DNA of 63,940 bases, filler included, from Collodictyon triciliatum (Eukaryota), in the NCBI GenBank assembly GCA_043381765.1. It is 11 parts of 11 records of this genome, joined end to end, with 100 filler letters (N's around TTAATTAATTAA, not from the genome) between each part and the next. Parts side by side here need not be neighbours in the genome. Positions count along the whole stretch, not along the records: positions 24,412 to 30,412 come from JBHJMP010004775.1; positions 30,513 to 36,513 come from JBHJMP010004776.1; 9 more parts are not named here. One strand, written 5' to 3'. The translations under genes and the position numbers were made by a program. The notes under the pieces are model-generated. The model saw nothing but the letters and a program-made list of their open reading frames with translations, did no database searches and was not told where the DNA came from. Below are positions 27,601-36,513 of this stretch, piece by piece; position 1 is the stretch's first letter, and each line of letters opens with the position of its first letter.

Positions 27601-30329
27601 CAGAGAATAATGTACGAGCCGGGGTTGTTCTTGAATCTAATCATTGTATTGCACCAGGGACTGAGGGCCGGTCTGATGCTGTTGGAGTTGGTGAGGCAAT
27701 CCACACAGCGGACAGACCCATCGACAATGTCATGAATATGCCACCATACGGTATGGATATTAGAATGCCACAAGGTCCGTTTGGTTGGTTTGGGCCCGAC
27801 CCATACGGTGTTCACCATAACCCTTACTTTATGTACAAATATATGAAAATGATGGACAAGCTGAGCAAAACAAACATGTCTGGATTGAATCAAGGACCAA
27901 AAACAAAGAAGGCTGATCGAGGCCAGCAAATGAACCAGGCCGACATTCCCTTTGTGCCCGGAGGATTTCCAAATCCATTTACCGCTGGCTCAATTCCTGG
28001 ACAGCCGAACTCAGCCCATGAATCTGCGGATAATTTCATTAATGTACCACCATACGGGATGGGGAGTGGAATGCCACAAGGTCCAGTTGGTCGGTTTGGG
28101 CCCGACCCATACGGTGTTCACCATCACTCTTACTTTATGTACAATTATATGAAAATGATGGACGAGCTGAGCAAAACAAACATGTCTGAATTGAATCAAG
28201 GACCCAAAGCAAAGAAGGCTGGTCGAGGCCAACAAAAGAGCAAAGACAAAACTGCAACCTCGATCGCCGTTGGACAAATCGATTGGAATCTGCCTATGCC
28301 GGAAGAGCAAACAAATATCCCACGTCGAGCTGGCCGAGGTAGAGGCTGTGGACAAGGAAACGTTGACTCGATGGAACAGCCAATTTACAAGCATCCCTTC
28401 CATGTAAAAACCCTCAGAAACTTTGCTGACCGGGCGATTCGAATAAAGCCCACCGATGTACCAGGAGACAAAAAAGTGAGGAGAGGCAATCGGCAGAGAC
28501 AAGAACAACATGACTACCATATCATAGATCAGAACCAAATACAAGACGAACCACCAGAAGACATAGCGGAAGAGACACGGCACGCGAAGGGTGCGCATAT
28601 CTCCCAACAAAAAGGCAATACTTACCAAGGTACTGAAAAAAATTCAGTAATACCTGAAGATTCAATTGCAGCGCTCTATCGAGAATGGGGCCTAGAGGGG
28701 TCATATGAAGTACACAGACTTGATGAATCGTATGCAGACTTGTCCAATAACGAACCCGAAGGGTTGCCTCAGCTGCAACATGACGCTAATGTCGGTGGTT
28801 GTGGTGACGAACGGAATTGTACCACTAGCAAAGGTAGAGGTGATCATGATGGCGATGAAGAGGATGATGATGAGGACGAAAACGAAGAGAGCGGCCATCT
28901 GCAGCAATCACCACATAACCGACAACAACAAGTGTCATTTTCTTCTCCCAGGATGGTTTGTCAATCACAATCAGTAGGTGACAGGATAAAAGAAAGATTA
29001 GGATCGCAGCACAGCAATTTCCATTCACAAGAAAACAGTGCGATGGAGAGATACATGCATCATGATACTTTACATGCGCACGATATTCACACAACGCAAA
29101 GGTCCATGGAGGTATTAAATGGACGTTTACCTTCGTGTCCGATCGAGAAACAAGCAAGTGCAATCCGAAAAGAACAATGGCAGTCTCAACCTAGGTATTC
29201 CACATCACGAGTTGGTGAGATACAGAGAGGAGACGATCTGCCTAAGAAAGCATTGCATCCTTCCCAGAGACTCAATGCAGATTCGCTCTGTGAACGCGAT
29301 GAATATTCTCCTAGTCCGCGCCCAAGATCACATCATAGTCTCATTAGCTCACCCAGTCCAAGTACCTCTGAAAGTGCCGACTGGAGACATTCTAGACTTT
29401 TGAAAAATGGCACTCAAGTCGAAGTCAAGATGCAAAGACAGACAGGGATTGGTGAATCAACTGCCACTTCACAGAATAGTCCATCTCGGCTCAACGTAGC
29501 TCGTGACCAAGCCGCAGCAGATATGGTTCAGCAGAGCAACATGCACACACAAGCGAACCCAAGCATCCTTTTTGATGCAGCAGAGCGGCAAAGAGTGCTT
29601 TCCCCCAATCAGCGAAGAACATCAACTCCTGGGCTTTCTCACCAACAATCATTCTTACAAAAAGGAAATTCTCCTGGTATGCTGAGAAATGCATCGCCAA
29701 GACCACAGCAAATGCATGCAATTCCTTTACAAAATCCTCCAGACCCCACTCAGGAATCAAATCATTCGGGCACAAATCCACGCCCAGCCCAACAGCTCGC
29801 AGCTGCCAATCAAGAGACTGTTGTTTATGAGAAAGAAGTGCTAGAAAATCATCGCCTCGATGCTCCTGACAGACAATATCAGAAGCGGAAGAGCCTCACT
29901 GCGCATGAACCGTGCTCTGTATCTTCCTCATCGCAAAGACTTTCTGCTAAAACGGCTGTCTCTAATTTGCATGAAGATGTCAACATGAAAGCGTTGACGG
30001 AGGTCAAAAAGCGATACCTGCCCATGCGAATTGTTACAGATCCACGATTAAAATCGATTCCATGTTTTGAGAAAAAACCACGTAAACGTTCTTTAGAAAG
30101 AACCAGGGACAACAACAATTGTGAAGCAGAAAAAAATGGACTTGATTCGGCTGAGCAAGGAGCAATTCAGAAAGTATTATCTGTGGTAGAATCTGGTAAG
30201 CAACCCAAGAAGTCTAGATCTGATATTACTCCAAGAGATGACTTGGGTCCTCCATCAGATACGAAAAATTACAAACCTATGGTAATTTTCTATTCATTCC
30301 TTATATTTATCTCACATCCCATGTTATGA
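24624..30329 (+). CDS. Very large low-complexity/disordered protein (1901-aa ORF; likely splices at 30281/30282 and continues off the scaffold)
   Basis: 5.7-kb uninterrupted ORF rich in S/E/Q/N/D/H; GTAATT donor at 30282 followed by T-rich intron-like sequence. Confidence 0.85.
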   Translation: MSSRRIHPRSRQARAEDGSSIVYTSTSTQTQPLATSISKSKSISTSTSTSSSSSKASHGNQNDSSDEWPAVDRSKHRNDLSTLPSTQPRLESQSTPKQTKAKEKPDDHMFCAPRPVKVDSSKRTEWSRRPISLRPRQRPSTGSQQESVNEKHENKGNRKAQSRTASQLSTNCFADGFFAKLIVASSPNVSVMLSPDIRSGSPEYEEEDFTDSTSKGDTESTEANESLTRQEDTYVESKRKEMEALSVYRSPMDSDIFEAEDITSDPLDDTIGHRKDRLFDNTAHIKEKVTQSPKKSSAKDIWDDCRREDTGVHYFTPAGEIEDDLDQDLAPEIVNSEADDFEDRILACTEPRTPHAPFLASHPTGSSITGSVVGTSYCAENAGSQESSTLEMPEPCSRIQSKAHHIEKDEMEDNPDEKSNRDSTNHIYSYHPTGDVYLIPHSRPDVFLSYPSNSEDILECSVDAEASIARLSAIQGLTYGVYQGEGDQIDTISRIESVDNAFEQPSIFDGQPNLTPYRGDDYCYTSHEGNPERFEDFSKEFEHKLSSSRQHVTEDSLFVQKEVLESILGTPFLAQRESEYGYRDCNVSTPSYHAHATVQETESTFVSNTVETQAKDTSDLGVNACEQNQTETITDPILEVIQKPTTSHFTSLQEKVISLPRPRGYETLYPNTIAILEPTPSQALATNLHENNPVHMTDFLQSALNTSGSRHELLDVIEDPPIHVQNEPAHRCSDVFNPDMSENLTENDRAPVVQDNHGQEFIQDLNPVSPVADTHDVSTTHGNPPFFEFSNPHINQTKITNQISVEPLDRISGVQHPPEDFTEITYYDDHQQSIGNGQHIQENEGNLYAHSRYIPNPCNQQPEAEQSLLGNQNQECNEYDPEDCVIYEGSVHYFDNTHEDGFYHNHPSHVSVQFNQQNTDNATLPEIEDLSPNRQAQDMPASKEQEPTHNSPNLQNTNSINATDACEFNASNYSNEHSDHIQNTLHQADKANTENNVRAGVVLESNHCIAPGTEGRSDAVGVGEAIHTADRPIDNVMNMPPYGMDIRMPQGPFGWFGPDPYGVHHNPYFMYKYMKMMDKLSKTNMSGLNQGPKTKKADRGQQMNQADIPFVPGGFPNPFTAGSIPGQPNSAHESADNFINVPPYGMGSGMPQGPVGRFGPDPYGVHHHSYFMYNYMKMMDELSKTNMSELNQGPKAKKAGRGQQKSKDKTATSIAVGQIDWNLPMPEEQTNIPRRAGRGRGCGQGNVDSMEQPIYKHPFHVKTLRNFADRAIRIKPTDVPGDKKVRRGNRQRQEQHDYHIIDQNQIQDEPPEDIAEETRHAKGAHISQQKGNTYQGTEKNSVIPEDSIAALYREWGLEGSYEVHRLDESYADLSNNEPEGLPQLQHDANVGGCGDERNCTTSKGRGDHDGDEEDDDEDENEESGHLQQSPHNRQQQVSFSSPRMVCQSQSVGDRIKERLGSQHSNFHSQENSAMERYMHHDTLHAHDIHTTQRSMEVLNGRLPSCPIEKQASAIRKEQWQSQPRYSTSRVGEIQRGDDLPKKALHPSQRLNADSLCERDEYSPSPRPRSHHSLISSPSPSTSESADWRHSRLLKNGTQVEVKMQRQTGIGESTATSQNSPSRLNVARDQAAADMVQQSNMHTQANPSILFDAAERQRVLSPNQRRTSTPGLSHQQSFLQKGNSPGMLRNASPRPQQMHAIPLQNPPDPTQESNHSGTNPRPAQQLAAANQETVVYEKEVLENHRLDAPDRQYQKRKSLTAHEPCSVSSSSQRLSAKTAVSNLHEDVNMKALTEVKKRYLPMRIVTDPRLKSIPCFEKKPRKRSLERTRDNNNCEAEKNGLDSAEQGAIQKVLSVVESGKQPKKSRSDITPRDDLGPPSDTKNYKPMVIFYSFLIFISHPML
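27735..28236 (+). repeat. In-frame ~196-bp internal duplication (27735-27930 and 28041-28236, offset 306)
   Basis: PPYGM..MPQGP.G.FGPDPYGVHH..YFMY.YMKMMD.LSKTNMS.LNQGPK.KKA.RGQQ occurs twice with high nucleotide identity. Confidence 0.95.
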
Positions 30330-30376
30330 TATCTTTATTTTTTACTCTTTTTTTTTTTTTACTTTTTTTTTTTTTT

Positions 30377-30412
<36 letters not shown>

Positions 30413-31473
30413 NNNNNNNNNNNNNNNNNNNNNNNNNNNNNNNNNNNNNNNNNNNNTTAATTAATTAANNNNNNNNNNNNNNNNNNNNNNNNNNNNNNNN
30501 NNNNNNNNNNNNAAAAAAGATAAGAAAAAAGATAAGAAAAAAAGATAAGAAAAAAAGATAAGAAAAAAAGATAAGAAAAAAAGATAAGAAAAAAAGATAA
30601 GAAAAAAAGATAAGAAAAAAAGAGAAGAAAAAAAGAGAAGAAAAAAAGAGAAGAAAAAAAGAAAATGAAAAAAATGAAAAATGAAAAATGAAAAATGAAA
30701 AAATGAAAAATGAAAAATATGAAAAAAACATGAAAAATATGAAAAATATGAAAAAAAGAAAATGAAAAAACGAAAAAAATATGAAAAAAATGAAAAAATA
30801 AGAAAAGAAAAGAAATAAAAAAGAAAACAAAAAAAGAAAAAAAAGAAGAAAAAGAAAAAGAAACGGATGAATGAATCAGGGCAATTAATAATGTGCACTA
30901 TATTCATACTTATCTCGTTACCTGTGGGTCGATAGCAGAACTTGATCCATCTCATTAGTAGTTTGTTGTACTCACGGGTCGGTGGCAGCTGGCGTCTTGA
31001 TCGTCGGTGTGTTTCTGTGCATAACCTGTGTAGCAATGTATGTGGTAAAGTGACCTTTTCGCTCTCTGGGTCGGCTGCGTCGGCCTTCTCGTTTTGCGTA
31101 CGATCAGTAGGCATTCCATGGGGCAGGGCTGTGGCGCCGGTCTCCTGGTTGGCGGTCTCGTCCTTCTCGGGATCCCTCTTTTAGATCGCTTGCTTGTTTA
31201 TTTTTCTTTTTCTTTTTGCTTTTTTTTTTCCGGCTTCGGGATGCGGTGGGTCGGGAGAAGAGGGAAAGAACGCCAGTCTAATAATGTTATTTTCTGGAGA
31301 ATGCGCCCTTTTTCTGTCTGTGTATTTTTTGTTTCTCAGCAAGGGATACTTTTTCTTAATTATTACATATATTTTTTTTATTGTTCCCCTCGACTCTGTC
31401 TCTTTCAGTGCGATCACCACATTTATTCACATCGCGAGGTAAAGAATAGATCAACCTTTGGAATTCTTTATTC

Positions 31474-31625
31474 AAACAAACAAACAAACAAACAAACAAA
31501 CAAACAAACAAACAAACAAACAAACAAACAAACAAACAAACAAACAAACAAACAAACAAACAAACAAACAAACAAACAAACAAACAAACAAACAAACAAA
31601 CAAACAAACAAACAAACAAACAAAC
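31474..31625 (+). repeat. (AAAC)n microsatellite (also 47729-47820)
   Basis: Direct observation. Confidence 0.95.
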
Positions 31626-31702
31626 CCTGCAAATTCATTGTATTTATATTTATCCCTCGTTTACTCCTAGCCTAAGGGCAAAGGTAGAGGTAAACACCAG
31701 AA

Positions 31703-34700
31703 TCATCGCTGCCTAAAAAAATCCTCCGAAGTGAAGTCTCTGCTAAAGAACCTGACGAAATCATGCCGTGCGGCCTTCGTTTCCAGCTTGAATATTTTTG
31801 ACATATGGAACTCAGTGAACAGGCGAGTGACGTCGCCGGTAATATCATGTTCTAAAAAGGTAGGAGCGTGTGCGGAATACACAGATGAACGCAAAAACTC
31901 GGCCATATCGCCAGAAGATAGGAAAAGTTTGGCGGACGTAGGTCGCAGGTGCTGTGCAATACCGGCCAGGGTTCCTTTTTTTAACAAAGCCAAATGATAG
32001 AATGCATCCTCTCCTTTACCTCCTTCGATGAGACGCAGCGCGCGAAGAATGCGTAGACGAGGTCCGAGACGAGGAACTGATATGAGCCTGTTTAAACCAA
32101 TCTCGCTTGGATTTTGAAGAAACGACCTCAAATTGTCCTGTGTTAGGTTGGAATCTTCCACAATGTCCGCCCCGCAATGCTCGCTCAACTCTCTGAATTC
32201 TCGGACCGTCATAGACTCAATATTACGCGTGAGGATTCGGACCAGCATGTTATCAGATATCAAAACATCTTGAAACATGGGAGTGGACCCTCTCTTGCGT
32301 GTAAGAAACTCCGAGAGCTCGGTTGATTGGATCTCAAGCTTTTCACGGCTCAAACTCATCCTTTTGCTAGACTCTTGCAGTTCAAGGTTAGAGTCTCGAA
32401 GTTTTTGCTGGAGAGTCCCGATAAGATCTACCAGAAATCGAGTTCGTTCCTCTTCATTTTTGATGGTTTGTTCTAATTCCTGAACTGTCCGATGGGCTTG
32501 GATAATCATTTCATTACTGACGTGTTCTGGTCGGCTTGTTGGGTGCCTAGGGTCTAGCAAAGAGGAACGGCTTGCAACGGTTAGTGAGTGATTATGAATT
32601 GATGAAGGGAGCTGGTGCAATCTTGGGGTTTGGGAAACACGACCTTTACCGCCATCTTCCAACAAAACATCTGTCGTGAATGCAATCAGTGATGCATCTT
32701 CTATTTTTCTTTTGATTGAGGATGATGGTGGTGGGTGACGAGCGTTCACTTGAGATGTTGACTCAATATGGTCTTTTTTTGGAGAAAGCCTTCCTTTTGA
32801 ACTTTGATGATGGGCACTTCTGGGGAGTACAGTCCCATTTAAGTTTACAACTTCGCCTCCTCTTGTGAGTATGGTCACAATAGTCATTTTCTTTGTACTT
32901 GACGCACGGACATACAAATCAAGGATTTCATCCTGAGAAGAAAATTCATGGGTGGCCAATTCGGTTCCAGTTTGATAGCACCATACTTTGACCACTGGAG
33001 AATCTTGGTAGGTAGATACAAGCAATCCTTGGGAGGCAAGAGAAGTGAGAGATGAAGATGAGGGAGCAGAGGAGGTAAAAAATGAAACTGACCCCTGTGT
33101 CAGTGCTCTAAGGTGCCGGACAGGTAATGATACCGATTTGAATGATTGAACTATCACACCCTCGCTAGCATCCCAAACAATTATTTTACCTGAAGCAAAG
33201 CCTACAACAAGAGTTGCCTTTGACTGTTTTAAATCCAACAAACGAGTGTAGGTTTTAGGGAGTTCCTTTTCGACTTTAAGTTCGTTGAGAATTTCTCCTG
33301 TTTGGTAGTTCCATACCTGAACTGTCGGTAACGCATCTTCTTTTGGCTTCTTTGGGTGCGAGATGAATGACAGAAGCTGGTCTGATAATAGAAGCAAATC
33401 GGTAACAACACATGGCTGGCAGGTTGGAAAGGCCAATGAAATGCTGTTGTCAATCGTGTGGTAATGACATAGACCGTTCTTATTGTTCAAAAGAAAAGGG
33501 TACGGATCTGGTGTTGAGCCTGCTTTATGAGTCGTAATAGGCCATAGTATTTGGCAAGTTTGGTCTCGAAAAAGGTCAATACGGTGAATGGGGGTCAAAT
33601 CCAAGGGTACTTGAAGAGTATTAGATATATCCCATATAAAAACTTGAGAGTCTGCAGACAAAGTTGCCAGTGTCTTGGATGTTGAGTCAAATGTTGCGTG
33701 TATGACCTTCGTTGTATGTGCTTGTATATTAAACATGCGAGAGAGTCTGGTTGACAAAACCCAAACCTGGGTCTCTTTCATGGAAACACATAAGAGTTGA
33801 CTGTTGGGGGAAAAGTCCATAAAGACGACATCACCTTCCAATTGTATGCTCTTAGTTGTCTGGGGAGTGTGATCTGAAAATGGTAGTATCATATACAAAA
33901 TGTTTGAGACTGTGGCTGCAGCTATGTATTGGCATGTCTGCGAAGCGCAGCATATGGCGAGTTTCGAGTCTGCATTTAATATGATCGGCGGGTCAATAAT
34001 TTTGAAGCTTGGATCTGTCGTGGTCTGCATTTGCAATTGGGCCTGGGGCTGGGATTGAGAATGGAGCAAAGTTGGGGCCTGTGTGACGGGCTTGAATTGT
34101 AACATGTATGATTTTGCGGATGATGCTGGTAAGCAATATATGGTGCCTTTCAAAGAACAGAGCAACACGAAGGAGAAATATTGGTCATTGGACAGCAGTT
34201 TAGGGAGAAGAGAGAAAGTCCGAAGAGGTGTGGTATTAGGAGACGTAACACGCAAGACCGGAGTCCAGCTTTTCTCCACTCTGGCCATAAGTACTACATA
34301 AGGTGAGTTTGCCCAGCATGCAGCAAATAGTGCGCCATCACGAGTAAATTCGCAATGAGATATATTTGACTTTGATGCATCCAGACACACGGGCGCGCTT
34401 TTAGAGAAATCCACAAGGTTAACAAAATAAAGGAGACCTGCTTCTGTTCCGTACACGATATAGCGACCTCTTGGACATATGGCATGGCCCATCACAGCGC
34501 ACTCTGATTTGGATGTATTTGGGCTCTTGCAAATTTGCTCAAAAACTGGGTCGATTAAGCCAACAGTGCTATCAAAGCATAGATATGCAAGCATGGGTGA
34601 CCCCCTTGTTGAAGGAACAAATCTACATCCGATCATCTGAGATGTGTTTGTGACGGTCGCCTCCCATGACGGCTGGGGGCCTGGTAGATGGAGTTGGTCG

Positions 34701-35419
34701 ACTTTGAAGAACTGGAGAACTCCCCTGTCATTTCCGATGCACAGGATCTTTTCGCACGGAGAGAAGTCACCACAGCGTGCTTTATTCGACAATGGGGAAG
34801 GTGGCAGCGATATGGACAGGGGTGACGGGGATGTTGAGCCAGAGCCTTGAAGTGGAGGCGAGCCACTATACTTGCTTGCACCAAATCCTTTGATGTGGCT
34901 CCATACACTCGGGATGTACTTTTTCGGCCCTTCTAAGAGCTCCTCATTTTTAATCTCTTCAGCCACCTCAAAAGCGATCTCAGGTTCATCTTGATTTGAA
35001 CTTTGTTTCGTGACTTCCCCGCCATCTTCGGCTCTCACAGAACCTAAGCAAGAAGAAGGTGATTCTGTAAGCTGAGAGCTTGCTTTGTACTTGTTGACAA
35101 CACTAGATTCAATCGAAGCTTTTTGCAAATGCGGCACTTGGACATTTCCAGGCTGAGATTGATACAGATAAAGCCTTCTACTTGTGCCGATAAGTAAAAG
35201 TCGCTCGCTAGGCGATATGCTTATGAACAAGACATTTTCATTTGGTTCCTTCCAATGGAATGGGTTACGACGGAAAAGGCCTTTTTCTTTGTCCAAGATA
35301 TCCCAAATGTATACAAACTTATCTTTTCCTGCGGTTACGATAATATTATCAGAAGTGTGACACAATTGCACTCGATCCTTGTGGGCCCCAACAATCTTCA
35401 CGTCAGGATTGTCCTCCAT
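31703..35419 (-). CDS. Intronless WD40-repeat protein with coiled coil and two C-terminal SAM-like domains (1238 aa)
   Basis: WD repeats (AHKDRV..TAGKDKFVYIWD; AHTTKV..TLSADSQVFIWD); heptad-rich ELEQTIKNEEER..LQQKLRD; SAM-like DMAEFLRS..TFLEHDITGD and LGPRLRILRAL. Confidence 0.88.
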   Translation of the reverse strand: MEDNPDVKIVGAHKDRVQLCHTSDNIIVTAGKDKFVYIWDILDKEKGLFRRNPFHWKEPNENVLFISISPSERLLLIGTSRRLYLYQSQPGNVQVPHLQKASIESSVVNKYKASSQLTESPSSCLGSVRAEDGGEVTKQSSNQDEPEIAFEVAEEIKNEELLEGPKKYIPSVWSHIKGFGASKYSGSPPLQGSGSTSPSPLSISLPPSPLSNKARCGDFSPCEKILCIGNDRGVLQFFKVDQLHLPGPQPSWEATVTNTSQMIGCRFVPSTRGSPMLAYLCFDSTVGLIDPVFEQICKSPNTSKSECAVMGHAICPRGRYIVYGTEAGLLYFVNLVDFSKSAPVCLDASKSNISHCEFTRDGALFAACWANSPYVVLMARVEKSWTPVLRVTSPNTTPLRTFSLLPKLLSNDQYFSFVLLCSLKGTIYCLPASSAKSYMLQFKPVTQAPTLLHSQSQPQAQLQMQTTTDPSFKIIDPPIILNADSKLAICCASQTCQYIAAATVSNILYMILPFSDHTPQTTKSIQLEGDVVFMDFSPNSQLLCVSMKETQVWVLSTRLSRMFNIQAHTTKVIHATFDSTSKTLATLSADSQVFIWDISNTLQVPLDLTPIHRIDLFRDQTCQILWPITTHKAGSTPDPYPFLLNNKNGLCHYHTIDNSISLAFPTCQPCVVTDLLLLSDQLLSFISHPKKPKEDALPTVQVWNYQTGEILNELKVEKELPKTYTRLLDLKQSKATLVVGFASGKIIVWDASEGVIVQSFKSVSLPVRHLRALTQGSVSFFTSSAPSSSSLTSLASQGLLVSTYQDSPVVKVWCYQTGTELATHEFSSQDEILDLYVRASSTKKMTIVTILTRGGEVVNLNGTVLPRSAHHQSSKGRLSPKKDHIESTSQVNARHPPPSSSIKRKIEDASLIAFTTDVLLEDGGKGRVSQTPRLHQLPSSIHNHSLTVASRSSLLDPRHPTSRPEHVSNEMIIQAHRTVQELEQTIKNEEERTRFLVDLIGTLQQKLRDSNLELQESSKRMSLSREKLEIQSTELSEFLTRKRGSTPMFQDVLISDNMLVRILTRNIESMTVREFRELSEHCGADIVEDSNLTQDNLRSFLQNPSEIGLNRLISVPRLGPRLRILRALRLIEGGKGEDAFYHLALLKKGTLAGIAQHLRPTSAKLFLSSGDMAEFLRSSVYSAHAPTFLEHDITGDVTRLFTEFHMSKIFKLETKAARHDFVRFFSRDFTSEDFFRQR

Positions 35420-35491
35420 GGAAAAAACCCACCCCCTTCTTCAAAGGATCCTACGTTAAAGAATACAACACTTTATTATTGTTTTTATCGC

Positions 35492-35563
<72 letters not shown>

Positions 35564-35745
35564 CACTATCATTATCATTATAATTATCATTATAATTATC
35601 ATTATAATTATCATTATAATTATCATTATCATTATTATTATCACTATCATTATCATTATCATTATCATTATCATTATCATTATCATTATCATTATCATTA
35701 TCATTATCATTATCATTATCATTATCATTATCATTATCATTATCA
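35492..35745 (+). repeat. Compound (TAT)n/(TATCAT)n microsatellite; similar (AAT)n arrays at 1421-1517, 21189-21290, 62006-62100, 63141-63233
   Basis: Direct observation. Confidence 0.95.
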
Positions 35746-35885
35746 TTTTTATTTTTACGCAGGGAAATTATAAGGCCAACAGCAACACCCTTCACCCAAA
35801 GTCTTTGCTGGGCGTTGGGCTGGTCATACTTCATAAGTTACAATAGAAAACCCCCTCGTAGTTTTTCTTCGCCCTTGATATTTTT

Positions 35886-35938
35886 AACTCCCCATACCGG
35901 CTTCGAATAAAAGGAAAAAAAAACATCCCATACCGGCT
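35886..35938 (+). mobile_element. Ultra-short poly(A)-tailed retroposed insertion (family A) with 17-bp flanking direct repeats
   Basis: AACTCCCCATACCGGCT [TCGAATAAAAGGAAAAAAA] AACATCCCATACCGGCT; the repeats match at 15/17. Confidence 0.7.
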
Positions 35939-36197
35939 GCCCTGACTCCGCTTGTGCTGCCTCTTGCTGGAGTTCTCGTCTGGTGATCGGGATGCGGTTA
36001 AACAGGCGCCGCACAAAGGCTGCTCGTTATTATTCCACACATAGAAAAATTCAAACCAGTATATCTGGAATATACTAAATTATAATTTTTTTTTAATAAA
36101 CTAATTGCTGTAAATCACATTTTATACTCGCCAAATACGCACAATTTTAATTTTATACTCGTTATTTTCATAGACACAGCCCAGGGTCAGACGCTAG

Positions 36198-36513
36198 CCT
36201 GATAGGTGCATAACATCTTGTACAACTATGAATCCATTGAGCACACATTTGTGCAATGTCCCTTCGCTCAAAACCTGCGCGAAACAGCCGGTGAGATTGT
36301 TTGACTGACACTCAAGAAGGCTGCGGCTGTTTGTCCAATCCAGGCGATATTTAGGCCTCTGCAACAACTGCGTCCAGGGGCAAAAACATTCTGGGTAGTG
36401 ACGCGAGGCCATTTGCTATGGACTATGTGGATAGCGCGCATATACTCACGCAAAGCAAGACTCAACAACCAGCCACCCATTCCTGATAACAGGCTGGATG
36501 ACATCATACAAAT
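36198..36513 (+). pseudogene. Decayed non-LTR retrotransposon ORF2 C-terminus (zf-RVT/CCHC region)
   Basis: RCITSC-(frameshift)-YESIEHTFVQCPFAQNL...(stop at 36302)...GHLLWTMWIAR matches the L1/Tx1-type CxxC..ES..H.F..C..A and LW..W..R motifs. Confidence 0.65.
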
